Virus record (IMG/VR): IMGVR_UViG_3300017957_001843
Location: 1 to 64,000 of that record
Length of the DNA: 64,000 nucleotides
From: a virus
Strand: one strand, 5' to 3'
Position 1 is the stretch's first letter. Every line of letters starts with the position of its first letter. The position numbers and the translations under genes are program-made. The notes under the pieces were generated by a model. That model was not told where the DNA came from. It saw nothing but the letters and a program-made list of their open reading frames with translations, and did no database searches. This document shows positions 8,380-17,948 of the stretch, in pieces.

Positions 8380-9985
8380 ATTGCTCCTTTAACCAGTCGA
8401 AATTATTTATTAACTGAAGATCATTGCTATTAGAAAGGCCAAACTCGCGGCCAGCCCTAGCACCGGCAAGAGCGTAGGAACCGTAAGGTCTGTCTTCTCC
8501 AATTGTACACCACGTTTCAAGTCTTTGTTCTGTTTCTTCATTTTTCTGCCTATCAATTATTTTACTACTAAGTTTTGCACACTCTCTAAATGCACTTTTC
8601 CAAGTGTTAAAAGGATCTGTATTAAATGCTGTAATATTTGATATTTCTTGTATTGCATTAAACTTACCACTTATACTTGTAGTCATATCAGGTTTACTAG
8701 TGTCCATATTCAGTGTTTCTTTTCTCGGAAATAATTTTACACCTCCGTATCCGTATACAAGATCATTTATAGGATTTTTTGATCTCCAAACAAAAACATT
8801 ATCTTTTTTCCATAACGGAACTTGATAATCAAACTTAAAAGTATCAACCATTTGTGCATCACCGTCTACAATCCAAATCATTGGTGTATCACAAATTTTT
8901 GCTGCCTCAATATGTGCTTGGTGTATTCCTTTTACTCCGTGTACACGTTTTGTTTTTGGATACTTTTTACATAAATTTTGATAATTTTCATCTGCATTAG
9001 GTTCTTGGTAACTTATAAAAACAATATCATACGGCTTAGGTGTACTAGCTATAATATCGTTTTCTTTTTTATTAACAACAAATCCGTAATCCCATTCTCT
9101 TTGACTTATTTCACATTGTTTGCTGCACAAAATTATACCATCAAAATAAATACCATTTTTAAAAATATGGTTGCTTTCTCTATCATATTTGTTATCGTGT
9201 GTAAAATACAAATCAAAATCGAAATCTTCTGCTACATTAACGTGTGAAGGTATAATCCAAAACATTTCAGTAGTAGATTTTTCTAAAACTTCTTTGTATT
9301 CTTCATATGTATCTGCTTTATAAATGTCATATTTTTTAGGATAACACGCAATAGTATTCCATTCTTTTCTATTTACGAAGTGTCTATACTCGATTTCATT
9401 TTTTGTTACAGGAGCAAATTTACTACACAAATATATTCCTAATCTATTATTTCCTTCAACTTCTTGTAAAAAACTATGGTTTTGTTGTCTATCTATTGTT
9501 TCAAAATGATTTATATAAAAGTTATTTGTAAATTCTTTGTCAACATTTATATTTGGACTACTCATCCAAAATAAATCAGTCGAAGTATTTTCTAATGCAT
9601 AACAATAATCTTCATAAGTTTCTATTTCAAATATATCAAAAGGTTTAGGAGTACTAGCTTTAATATCTACTTCTTTTTTATTTTGAAAAATTCGGGTAGA
9701 AAATTCTTTATCAGTTACATTAACACTTTTCGGAAATAAGCAAATACCATCATAATGTATATCATTTAAAAAGACGTGAATATATTCTTTGCTCCAATCA
9801 TCCGGTTCATAATCAAACAAAAACGATTCTAGTGGAATTGTATCTTGCCAAACTACCCAAAACATTTTTGTAAAAACTTTGCGTTTAGCTTTTTCAAAAG
9901 AATCTGTACGTTTGGCTGTTACAAAACGTTCCTTTAATTTTTTCCAGTTATCGTCATTGTTGCCTATATAAACAATATCATACAT
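8360..9985 (-). CDS. Glycosyltransferase (GT-A)-like protein with three degenerate N-terminal repeats
   Basis: C-terminal domain YDIVFISYQEPNA...WIVDGD (DxD)...GYGGVKLFP...SAFRECAKL. Likely start is the ATG at 9985, overlapping the upstream stop; the track start is 10048. Confidence 0.7.
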   Translation of the reverse strand: MYDIVYIGNNDDNWKKLKERFVTAKRTDSFEKAKRKVFTKMFWVVWQDTIPLESFLFDYEPDDWSKEYIHVFLNDIHYDGICLFPKSVNVTDKEFSTRIFQNKKEVDIKASTPKPFDIFEIETYEDYCYALENTSTDLFWMSSPNINVDKEFTNNFYINHFETIDRQQNHSFLQEVEGNNRLGIYLCSKFAPVTKNEIEYRHFVNRKEWNTIACYPKKYDIYKADTYEEYKEVLEKSTTEMFWIIPSHVNVAEDFDFDLYFTHDNKYDRESNHIFKNGIYFDGIILCSKQCEISQREWDYGFVVNKKENDIIASTPKPYDIVFISYQEPNADENYQNLCKKYPKTKRVHGVKGIHQAHIEAAKICDTPMIWIVDGDAQMVDTFKFDYQVPLWKKDNVFVWRSKNPINDLVYGYGGVKLFPRKETLNMDTSKPDMTTSISGKFNAIQEISNITAFNTDPFNTWKSAFRECAKLSSKIIDRQKNEETEQRLETWCTIGEDRPYGSYALAGARAGREFGLSNSNDLQLINNFDWLKEQFDEQYS

Positions 9986-11111
9986 TATGTCTAGTATTTC
10001 CGTAATGGACAAATCTGTTTGGGCCAGCATAAGATCTCCAAGGATCAAACACTGTATAATTACCGGGTTCTATATCATCAGTTTCGTGTACTCTTACAAC
10101 TACCATAGGACTATCTTCTACTATCCGACCGCCTAGCTCTTTAACATAATATTGCACTAGCAAACTATAACTACCGTCTGTATATTCTACTCCAGGCTTG
10201 TAACTGTCGCTACTAAACTTTATTTTATTTCCGTACTTGAGAATTTCAATAGCCATATTACGAGCCTGCTGCTCTCGTGCATTCATTACACTGTCAAATA
10301 TATCATATCCCAAATGTAACTGATCAGCCATATAACGTAGCGCAATATTATCTCGTGGATGACAAGCACCACCGTCTCCCATTCCTGCCTTCATATAGCT
10401 AGGACCCATAATACGCTGTGTACTATCCTTTAATGCATTAGTTACTACATCTACATTAATATTACCTTGTTGTATTGCAACGTCTTGGATCATATTTACT
10501 AATCCAATCTTAGTGCTAATAAATGTATTATAAAACACTTTTATGCACTCGCATTCGTCCCAGGTGCCAATAACATAACGAGGGTTGTTTTCCATTATAG
10601 TTTTATAAAAGTCAACAAGTTGTTTAGCATCGCCAGTTTCTGTACCGTCTTCAGTACCAATCATTATCATTTCTGGATTGACCATATCCCACGCAACAGT
10701 TCCCATTGCAATTAAATAAGGGTTATAAACAAATCGAGTATTTGTTACTAATGGTTCTAGTTCTCTACGGACTGTTCCTGGCAATACAGTGCTTATAAGA
10801 ACAAGCAATTGGTCGTTGTTCATATGCTTGTTACACTCAGTAAGAACTTCTTTGACGATAGAATAGTCAAAATCTTTTGGTTCTAAATGCGCTGTTGGAG
10901 CTCGGCCGTCATAGTCAGGATCGTGAGGAGTTGGAACAGCAACAAATACAATGTCTCTGCCATTTACTGCTCCTGCTATAGTAGGAAACTGATCAACATT
11001 GTTAGTCTTACACTTTTTAATATCATAACCCGTTACATCGTGTCCTTTGCTTGCTATAACTTCTGCACACGGTAATCCTAATTTACCTAATCCTATAAAA
11101 CATATCTTCAT
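9978..11111 (-). CDS. UDP-glucose/GDP-mannose 6-dehydrogenase family protein
   Basis: Rossmann IGLGKLG, VAVPTP, STVLPGT, YNP, IKVFYNTF (K/N), catalytic Cys in GDGGACHPRD, YKPG. Likely start MKICFIG at 11111 (ATGA overlap). Confidence 0.9.
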   Translation of the reverse strand: MKICFIGLGKLGLPCAEVIASKGHDVTGYDIKKCKTNNVDQFPTIAGAVNGRDIVFVAVPTPHDPDYDGRAPTAHLEPKDFDYSIVKEVLTECNKHMNNDQLLVLISTVLPGTVRRELEPLVTNTRFVYNPYLIAMGTVAWDMVNPEMIMIGTEDGTETGDAKQLVDFYKTIMENNPRYVIGTWDECECIKVFYNTFISTKIGLVNMIQDVAIQQGNINVDVVTNALKDSTQRIMGPSYMKAGMGDGGACHPRDNIALRYMADQLHLGYDIFDSVMNAREQQARNMAIEILKYGNKIKFSSDSYKPGVEYTDGSYSLLVQYYVKELGGRIVEDSPMVVVRVHETDDIEPGNYTVFDPWRSYAGPNRFVHYGNTRHNV

Positions 11112-11593
11112 AACATTACCTGCCATACTCCATACTTATATGTATCTGCCAATGGCACTGTATATTCATCTATTCTGGATCGTGTAAGTTGTACAGCAAT
11201 GGAGACCTTTTTAAGATGTTTATTTTTTCTTAATTTATAGCTGCTTAGTTCTCTTGCATCGTTTGTACATATTGGATAATGAAATCCAGTATAAATTAAG
11301 TGTTCTATATTATTTCGTTTGATATACTTTTTTAGTACTGTTGGACTAAGTGTTGACAAATCAAAATCTATATCTAACAAAGGATGCGGGTCATTTGGAG
11401 AAACATAATTTATTTCTATAATTTTAGCACCTTGTTTTTTAAGATCGTGTAATCGCTGATTTAGATAAGACACAAACGCATCATTTGTATATTTTTCTTC
11501 GTCATACCTATAAGAATTTTTAGGTAATCCTACATCTATTACTACAATACCAATATTTTTATAGTTGGTTATATTTTCCTTTAAATACTGCAT
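11108..11593 (-). CDS. Isochorismatase/cysteine hydrolase-like protein
   Basis: IVVID near the N-terminus and IEHLIYTGFHYPIC (G...C nucleophile loop). Confidence 0.55.
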   Translation of the reverse strand: MQYLKENITNYKNIGIVVIDVGLPKNSYRYDEEKYTNDAFVSYLNQRLHDLKKQGAKIIEINYVSPNDPHPLLDIDFDLSTLSPTVLKKYIKRNNIEHLIYTGFHYPICTNDARELSSYKLRKNKHLKKVSIAVQLTRSRIDEYTVPLADTYKYGVWQVML

Positions 11594-11610
11594 AGCATAA
11601 GGTATTTATA
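11582..11610. promoter_or_regulatory. Overlapping opposite late-type motifs: TAAATA on + (11582-11587) and TATAAATA on - (11603-11610)
   Basis: Sequence tTAAATActgcatagcataaggTATTTATAatg, between divergent genes only 17 bp apart. Confidence 0.5.
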
Positions 11611-12444
11611 ATGTATGTATATATTGATTTCGGAGATATGGTTATACCTGTTAATTTGTGTGACACTCCTTATAAAAAACATCTAATAGATAATTTAAAT
11701 AGCATTGAAGATTGGAGGGCAAAAAGTTTATCTCGTCCTACAGTAAAGGAATATAATGACAAAGTAGTAAACGACAACTGGTCCATTTTACACGAGTATT
11801 ATTATAAACTTTGCCAAATACTACAAACACCGCCAAAGTATAATTTGCCTAACAAATTTGATAATACAAATTATTATCTTAATATACTACATAGATACTT
11901 TACAACTGCACGTACACATAAAACGTGGGACAATAAACATTTCGATATGAATGAAGAAATATACGATTTAATAAATGGCTTGAATGATTCGGTGCATATA
12001 ATTGAAACGTATACCAGCAATTCGATTATAGAAGCATACAAAAGTAAACCAGTCCGTTGGTTAGAATTAATCGGAACACCTGAAAACAACGATAATTTGT
12101 TAAAAGTAGACGACTATCCTGAATATACGTCTCAAAATTATAATGTTTATGCAATAAAACAAATAACTGGTAAAGACTTTATTACTTCGTTTTTTGATAA
12201 CGATACAGCAAATGCTTGGGATATACAAAATTTTCATATTACATATATAGGATTTTGTATAGATGTATTTGGAGACTTTAAAAGAATATGGAGTGACGAA
12301 AGATTTATTAAATGGCTAGAACAATCTAATTACAACGGCAAAGTAGGTTATTTTCCTGTCGGAAACATAAAGGGCAAACACCTAAGATATTTACAGAAAA
12401 ATTTCAAAAAAATTAATACAAAAACTTTATCAGTTTATCTTTAA
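11611..12444 (+). CDS. Hypothetical protein (paralog of 6815..7696)
   Basis: 277-aa ORF with LNILHRYF, LNDSVHIIE, TGKDF, GYFPVG. Confidence 0.7.
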   Translation: MYVYIDFGDMVIPVNLCDTPYKKHLIDNLNSIEDWRAKSLSRPTVKEYNDKVVNDNWSILHEYYYKLCQILQTPPKYNLPNKFDNTNYYLNILHRYFTTARTHKTWDNKHFDMNEEIYDLINGLNDSVHIIETYTSNSIIEAYKSKPVRWLELIGTPENNDNLLKVDDYPEYTSQNYNVYAIKQITGKDFITSFFDNDTANAWDIQNFHITYIGFCIDVFGDFKRIWSDERFIKWLEQSNYNGKVGYFPVGNIKGKHLRYLQKNFKKINTKTLSVYL

Positions 12445-13585
12445 TAATATTTTTTGTAGGCTGTTTTAAAAAAAGATCTTGGTTGTGTTTACATTTTTCT
12501 AAAATGTGTTTATCTATATCTATGTCTCTTTTTAAATTTTCTATAACAATACGCAATTGTTGCTTTGTATCCGTTTGTTCATCATAATTTTCATTAAATA
12601 GTTCAGGAAAAGTTTCGTATCCTAAACTTCTCAAATATTCAAGAGTTCCGCTAGTGCCGTGTAATAAAAATGGATGCCCCATTAATATAGGTTTGTATGT
12701 TTTTTCAGTAATAAATTTTATTTTGTTACCAGTGTATGTTTCACTTACTAAACTATATTTTGTTTTTAAATACAAATCTTTATCTGAATGTTGATCGTTA
12801 TTCGGATCGTCGAGAGGTAATAAAAGTTTTTTTGGTACAACTTTTTTGACTAATTTATACTCAGACTGATCGTAATTATACCAATAATCAAAATCTTCTT
12901 TAGATAGTATATTTGATTCGTGCCAAAGGTTACTTACTAAATTATTATCTAATAATTTATGTTTATGAATATAATATATAAGAGCTTGTTTGTTTGGCCT
13001 CATTCTTTTATTGAAATTTAAAAAATTTTTATTTTTTACTGCTTTTTGGTGTTCACTAATAATTTGATCATAATTATTTCCGCTTATTTTTAAATGTCTA
13101 AACAAATGCATTATTTCAAAAATGTCAATTCCTAAAACATTAATCTTACTCCAGTAATCATCATTATATTTTTTATGATTATTAGCAGCATCAAGATCTC
13201 CGCAAATATAGTAAACTTTTTCAGGAGGAATATCTTTTTCTAGTAAAAAATCTTTTAACTTATTCCATCTATATTTCCAAAAATAAAATGGTGTTGCTTC
13301 GGTTGCTTGATATAATAACAAAAAGATATCGTTATTATCTTTAATCTTAGACCATATTTCTTCAGGTAATCTATATAAATCAGAATATTCTGTTGGAAAC
13401 ATTAAATTAAATTTTATAAAACTTTTTGACGAATACGTTGTAGTATACTTATAGCTTATATTAACTGATTTTAACAACCATTCGAAACTCCAACAATCAC
13501 TAGGATTGCTAGGAGTAAATGTTGTTTCCAAATCATTATATTTAGAAAAATCATAATCATTATCTAGATATAAAAAATTCAACAA
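12413..13585 (-). CDS. Putative GT-B glycosyltransferase (GT10/fucosyltransferase-like C-terminal motif)
   Basis: FLNFNKRMRPNK, YSLVSET, FITEKTYKPILMGHPFLLHG, LEYLRSLGYETF. Confidence 0.5.
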   Translation of the reverse strand: MLNFLYLDNDYDFSKYNDLETTFTPSNPSDCWSFEWLLKSVNISYKYTTTYSSKSFIKFNLMFPTEYSDLYRLPEEIWSKIKDNNDIFLLLYQATEATPFYFWKYRWNKLKDFLLEKDIPPEKVYYICGDLDAANNHKKYNDDYWSKINVLGIDIFEIMHLFRHLKISGNNYDQIISEHQKAVKNKNFLNFNKRMRPNKQALIYYIHKHKLLDNNLVSNLWHESNILSKEDFDYWYNYDQSEYKLVKKVVPKKLLLPLDDPNNDQHSDKDLYLKTKYSLVSETYTGNKIKFITEKTYKPILMGHPFLLHGTSGTLEYLRSLGYETFPELFNENYDEQTDTKQQLRIVIENLKRDIDIDKHILEKCKHNQDLFLKQPTKNIIKDKLIKFLY

Positions 13586-13593
13586 TATCTTAC

Positions 13594-14382
13594 CTACCTT
13601 ACTATTTCTTTTGTAATTCTGTTTGCAAACTCAGTATGTCTTTCTTCCGGAGGATGTCCAAAGCCACAATGATCATTTTGTTGCATTTCAATATAACCGT
13701 TATATAAAAATTTATCTTTATGTTTTTGTTTTATGTAATAATACAAATCTTTTACTATATAATGTATATTATTGTCATCAAAATCATTTTGTGGATCACA
13801 AATTGGACGCATAAACTGTACATACACATTATCATTTAAGTTTAGTATATTTTCAACTGTTTTTAAATAATTTACAATAAAATTATTATACGACCATAAA
13901 TATTCCAAATTCCATTTTACTACTTCTTTTGGTACTTTACCTAAATAATTTAAATTTGTTAATGCTGTTGTATAAGTATCATTGCTCGGCCATTTAAGTA
14001 TACGAGTATATTGTGTAAGGCCTAATAATATTAAATCACCTTTTCGAAAATCTTTTTGGAAAAATTTAAACATTTCTAAAAAATGTTCGTCTATTCCTGT
14101 GCCGCCTTTAGCTAAATTTAAAAAGTCTAAATCTAAATTTTTTGCTAGTTTAGCTGCCCAAGAAGAATTTAAATTTTTATGCTTCTGATCTTTTATTAGT
14201 TCTTGATATGTTATATTGTCGTCATTACGCAAATTATAAAAACCACTGAGCCCATTTTTTATTTTTAACTCTTTACATTTTTCGTAATTCAAATTTAAAA
14301 TTTTATGATCGTTTAATTCATCACCGGCAGTCCAACTACATCCAAAAGCAACAATACGATTATAATTTTCAAGATTTATCAT
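13594..14382 (-). CDS. SGNH/GDSL hydrolase-like protein (acyl esterase or transferase)
   Basis: AFGCSWTAG (block I), LNLAKGGTG (block II), GHP (block V). Likely start is the ATG at 14382. Confidence 0.65.
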   Translation of the reverse strand: MINLENYNRIVAFGCSWTAGDELNDHKILNLNYEKCKELKIKNGLSGFYNLRNDDNITYQELIKDQKHKNLNSSWAAKLAKNLDLDFLNLAKGGTGIDEHFLEMFKFFQKDFRKGDLILLGLTQYTRILKWPSNDTYTTALTNLNYLGKVPKEVVKWNLEYLWSYNNFIVNYLKTVENILNLNDNVYVQFMRPICDPQNDFDDNNIHYIVKDLYYYIKQKHKDKFLYNGYIEMQQNDHCGFGHPPEERHTEFANRITKEIVR

Positions 14383-15592
14383 TTCTCGAGTATATCCTAT
14401 CAATTTCGCTATTACTGCCACAAGTCATTGCACAATAAGATAACTTTCCTTGAGAATATTTTTCTTTTGTCCAAGTTTCTGTATATACCTTATCTAAATA
14501 ACCATTTTTAATTATTTCGTTTATATTAGTCTTTTTAAGATCAAACTTGTCAATACCAAACTTACGTATATGTACACGTAATTGGGTATCTTCATATAAA
14601 TCAATAGAGCTATCTACTCTTGTACCTACATAACAACAAGGAAATACAATACCATTGCAACTTACATATATTTCACTTCTTTGATCTTTCAAGCAACTTT
14701 TACAATTTATTTCCATATCTTGGTACTGAAGAAGATATGTATTCCAGTGTGGTAATTCTTCCTCAACAAAAGTATCAACTCTATGCTCAACTTTAGGATG
14801 GTAACCTTTTTTAATATCTTTCAAATAACCTAAATCTTTTTTTGGTTCAACATCTCGGTTAATTTTTTGAAAATCAGTCCTGTTTAAAAAATCTAAATTT
14901 GTTGGAGGGTCAATTATATATTCTAAATTTCCGTCTCTATCATAGACACCTTTTGATTTTAATTCCCCATTTTTGAGTGTATCGAATCCTAATGCTCTTT
15001 TAATTTCAATATCTCTAAAGCCTAATAGTTTACTATATTCTTTTGCTTCTTCAATTTGATGTTCATTATAACCGAACACAAGAAATTCCCACCGTGCTCT
15101 TGCCCCCGTTGACAAATATGCTTTTACATTTTCCATTAGTTTAGACCACTTTACATTTCGTCTATATAAATGATTAGTATCTTCTAGTCCATCAATACTA
15201 AATGTAACCCGATGATCAGTGTTTTTAGAAACTAGTTTTTCTCCAAAACTTTTCCAAAAGTTAGCATCTCTCATTCCTCCATTAGTATGATATACTATTG
15301 TACAGCGCGGAGCAGTCTCTTGAATATATTCTGTGATTTCTATAATATCTTTAGCCATCATTGGATCACCGTGAGTACCACAAAATAGTATTCTAAGCAT
15401 ATTTTTCATAAATTCGGGTGGGAACCAAGTTTTAAATTGATCAATTGAAATCGATTCTAATTTCAAATCTGGTCTTGTCCTAGCAGTAGAATCTACAAAC
15501 CTAGGACACATAGGACAAGCAGCATTACAATAGTTGCTAAGTTCTATATGCATATGTGTTACTGTAGATTTACTCCACTCAAAATTTTTCAT
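14369..15592 (-). CDS. Radical SAM protein with C-terminal Twitch/SPASM domain
   Basis: CNAACPMC, GTHGDP, HTNGG, FSIDGLEDTNHLYRRN, FPCCY, CAMTC. Confidence 0.9.
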   Translation of the reverse strand: MKNFEWSKSTVTHMHIELSNYCNAACPMCPRFVDSTARTRPDLKLESISIDQFKTWFPPEFMKNMLRILFCGTHGDPMMAKDIIEITEYIQETAPRCTIVYHTNGGMRDANFWKSFGEKLVSKNTDHRVTFSIDGLEDTNHLYRRNVKWSKLMENVKAYLSTGARARWEFLVFGYNEHQIEEAKEYSKLLGFRDIEIKRALGFDTLKNGELKSKGVYDRDGNLEYIIDPPTNLDFLNRTDFQKINRDVEPKKDLGYLKDIKKGYHPKVEHRVDTFVEEELPHWNTYLLQYQDMEINCKSCLKDQRSEIYVSCNGIVFPCCYVGTRVDSSIDLYEDTQLRVHIRKFGIDKFDLKKTNINEIIKNGYLDKVYTETWTKEKYSQGKLSYCAMTCGSNSEIDRIYSRNDKS

Positions 15593-16767
15593 ATTTTGTA
15601 TCCATTCTTTTTCATAAGGGTATAAAACTCTGGAAAGGTTTTACTAAATGACTGTCCTCTATATTCGTCTTGCATTTTTGTTACTTCTAAAAATCTATCC
15701 CAATGTTCTTCTTTATATGGTTCAGAATTCATAAAATTTATAATACTGTTTACCCAATACTTTTCATTGATAGTTTCAAGTTTAGTTTGGACTGCCTTTT
15801 TAATTTCAGGCGGTAAATTTTTAATACAATAATGATGCGGTCCAAAAACTAAATTTAAATATATATTTCTAGTATGTGGTAAAAATTCATTGTACATTTC
15901 ATCTATATAATAAACGTTTAATGTGCTAATCGTATTACAAATACTTACATTAAATTTTGGCATCTCTTTAGAAATACTAATTAATTTCAGTAAGTTAGAT
16001 TTTACTGTATCCCAATCTGCAGGATATCTAACATAATTTAGCTTATCTTTTACTCCGTCAATACTAAAATCAATATCTATACCTTTAAAATGTTTTAAGA
16101 TATTATATTTTTCATCGTCCCAAATAGTTCCATTTGTATTGTAGTGTAATGTAATGTTTTTTGCTATGTCTTTTTCTATTGCATACTCCAACATTTCCCA
16201 TTGTTTTTTAACAAGGAAAGGTTCACCACCATAAAAATCAATATGAAGAACGTGTTCTAAATTATTTTCAAATTCTTTCCAAAACTTACTATCATCATCA
16301 AATGCGTGATTAAATCTTTTTAACCATTCTTTATATTCTGGTTGACTACCTTTAAAGAATTTTAAATCGAACCATTCTTTGTTCCAGAAACTACTATTAA
16401 AAGGTCCACAAGTACGACACTTAATATTGCAAGTAGTACCCATATTAATATCTAATAACTGAAAAGTACCATCTATTTTATTTGCAGTATGACGTTCATT
16501 GTCTCTAAGTCTTTTACTTTTTTTGCCTGCTTCTTCTTCTGACCAACAGTGTTTGCAAGCAGGATGTTTTTTACCTTTATTAAAGGCTTTTATAATTTTT
16601 TTTCTAGTTTTTGAATTAGCAATTTCAGTAAAAGTATTATCTTTTACATTAAGCGGATTGTCATTATCGTCAAAATAATTTTCAGACATCATACAACAGG
16701 CTTTACACGACCCATCTGTGTTAATTCTTAAACCTTTTTTTAAATTTACGCACTCTAACTGATTCAT
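15589..16767 (-). CDS. Radical SAM protein with N-terminal Twitch/SPASM-like domain
   Basis: N-terminal C...DGSCKACC...CKHCW; core CNIKCRTC, YGGEPF, YNTNG, FSIDG. Confidence 0.9.
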   Translation of the reverse strand: MNQLECVNLKKGLRINTDGSCKACCMMSENYFDDNDNPLNVKDNTFTEIANSKTRKKIIKAFNKGKKHPACKHCWSEEEAGKKSKRLRDNERHTANKIDGTFQLLDINMGTTCNIKCRTCGPFNSSFWNKEWFDLKFFKGSQPEYKEWLKRFNHAFDDDSKFWKEFENNLEHVLHIDFYGGEPFLVKKQWEMLEYAIEKDIAKNITLHYNTNGTIWDDEKYNILKHFKGIDIDFSIDGVKDKLNYVRYPADWDTVKSNLLKLISISKEMPKFNVSICNTISTLNVYYIDEMYNEFLPHTRNIYLNLVFGPHHYCIKNLPPEIKKAVQTKLETINEKYWVNSIINFMNSEPYKEEHWDRFLEVTKMQDEYRGQSFSKTFPEFYTLMKKNGYKI

Positions 16768-17948
16768 AAGTATTTTCTTATCTCCGGAAATATGTCAGTT
16801 AAAGACTCGTTTCTACGATCATCTAACCATTTTGTTCTTTCAACAAATTTGTTCCATAAATCCGGAGAACCCTTTTCTTTTAAATTATTTAATAAAGCTT
16901 CAAATTTTTCTGGATATTTTTCATACCATTTACTATTTAAAATTTTCTTAATTGCTTGTTTTTTTAATTTTTGTGGCAAAACTTTAGGCTGCAAATATTC
17001 CGGATATACTAATAATTGAGGGTAAACATTTGATGTCATTACCCAAGGTTCGATGTCAATTTCATCAAAAAATTCTGTAATATAAAATGCATTATAAATC
17101 ATCCAAGTAGAGTTTACAACAACTTCTTTATTACTGCCAAAATGTTCTACTATTTTATTTAAATTATTTTTTACTTTAACATCGTTGTAACCAGATCTGA
17201 TGTATTCTCCCAAAGACCCTAAACCATCTAGACTAACGCTATATGTTACTCTAGAAAAGTTTTTCCACATATCAATTATATTATATTTTCCATATTTTAT
17301 AATGCTGCCATTACTTTGGTAATATAATTCAGGATGTAAATCATTTTTTATACACCAATCTAAAAATTCATAGTGTTCTTTTTGCACTAGCGGTTCTCCG
17401 CCAGCAAAATACACATACTTTATGTTTTTTAAATATTCATAATTATCATCGCAATATTTTACAATATCTGGAATACTAGTTAATGTATCGAGAGGTGGAT
17501 TAATTGTATCTTCATACCATTTAGTACTTGCTCCAGCACCACACATTCTACATTTATAATTGCACACGTTACTAAATCTAACATCAAAATACAATATATC
17601 TACATCATAATATCCGTCAGATTGTGTATTGCTAATTATTTTTTGTTCTAGTTCAGCAGTAAGATACTTTGTATTGCTATGCTTCCTTGCACTATGATTT
17701 CCATATTTTTCTAAAATATAGCATTTTTCGCAATTTTTTATTTTTTTATCTGCAAGCATATCTTTTCTAATACGCTTAAAATCTTTATTGTTTAATGCTT
17801 CATTTATACTTGTATCTTTTGCATTAACAAAATTATCTTCTTTAGAAAACTTTTTAGCCATACAGCAAGGTATAACAGTTCCTTCTGTTTCTACGTGTAA
17901 ATGCATCCAAGGTAATACACAAAAATATGGTTTATCTTTTAAACTCAT
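16764..17948 (-). CDS. Radical SAM protein with N-terminal Twitch/SPASM-like domain
   Basis: FCVLPWMHL...GTVIPCC...CEKC; core CNYKCRMC, AGGEPL, SLDG. Confidence 0.9.
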   Translation of the reverse strand: MSLKDKPYFCVLPWMHLHVETEGTVIPCCMAKKFSKEDNFVNAKDTSINEALNNKDFKRIRKDMLADKKIKNCEKCYILEKYGNHSARKHSNTKYLTAELEQKIISNTQSDGYYDVDILYFDVRFSNVCNYKCRMCGAGASTKWYEDTINPPLDTLTSIPDIVKYCDDNYEYLKNIKYVYFAGGEPLVQKEHYEFLDWCIKNDLHPELYYQSNGSIIKYGKYNIIDMWKNFSRVTYSVSLDGLGSLGEYIRSGYNDVKVKNNLNKIVEHFGSNKEVVVNSTWMIYNAFYITEFFDEIDIEPWVMTSNVYPQLLVYPEYLQPKVLPQKLKKQAIKKILNSKWYEKYPEKFEALLNNLKEKGSPDLWNKFVERTKWLDDRRNESLTDIFPEIRKYL

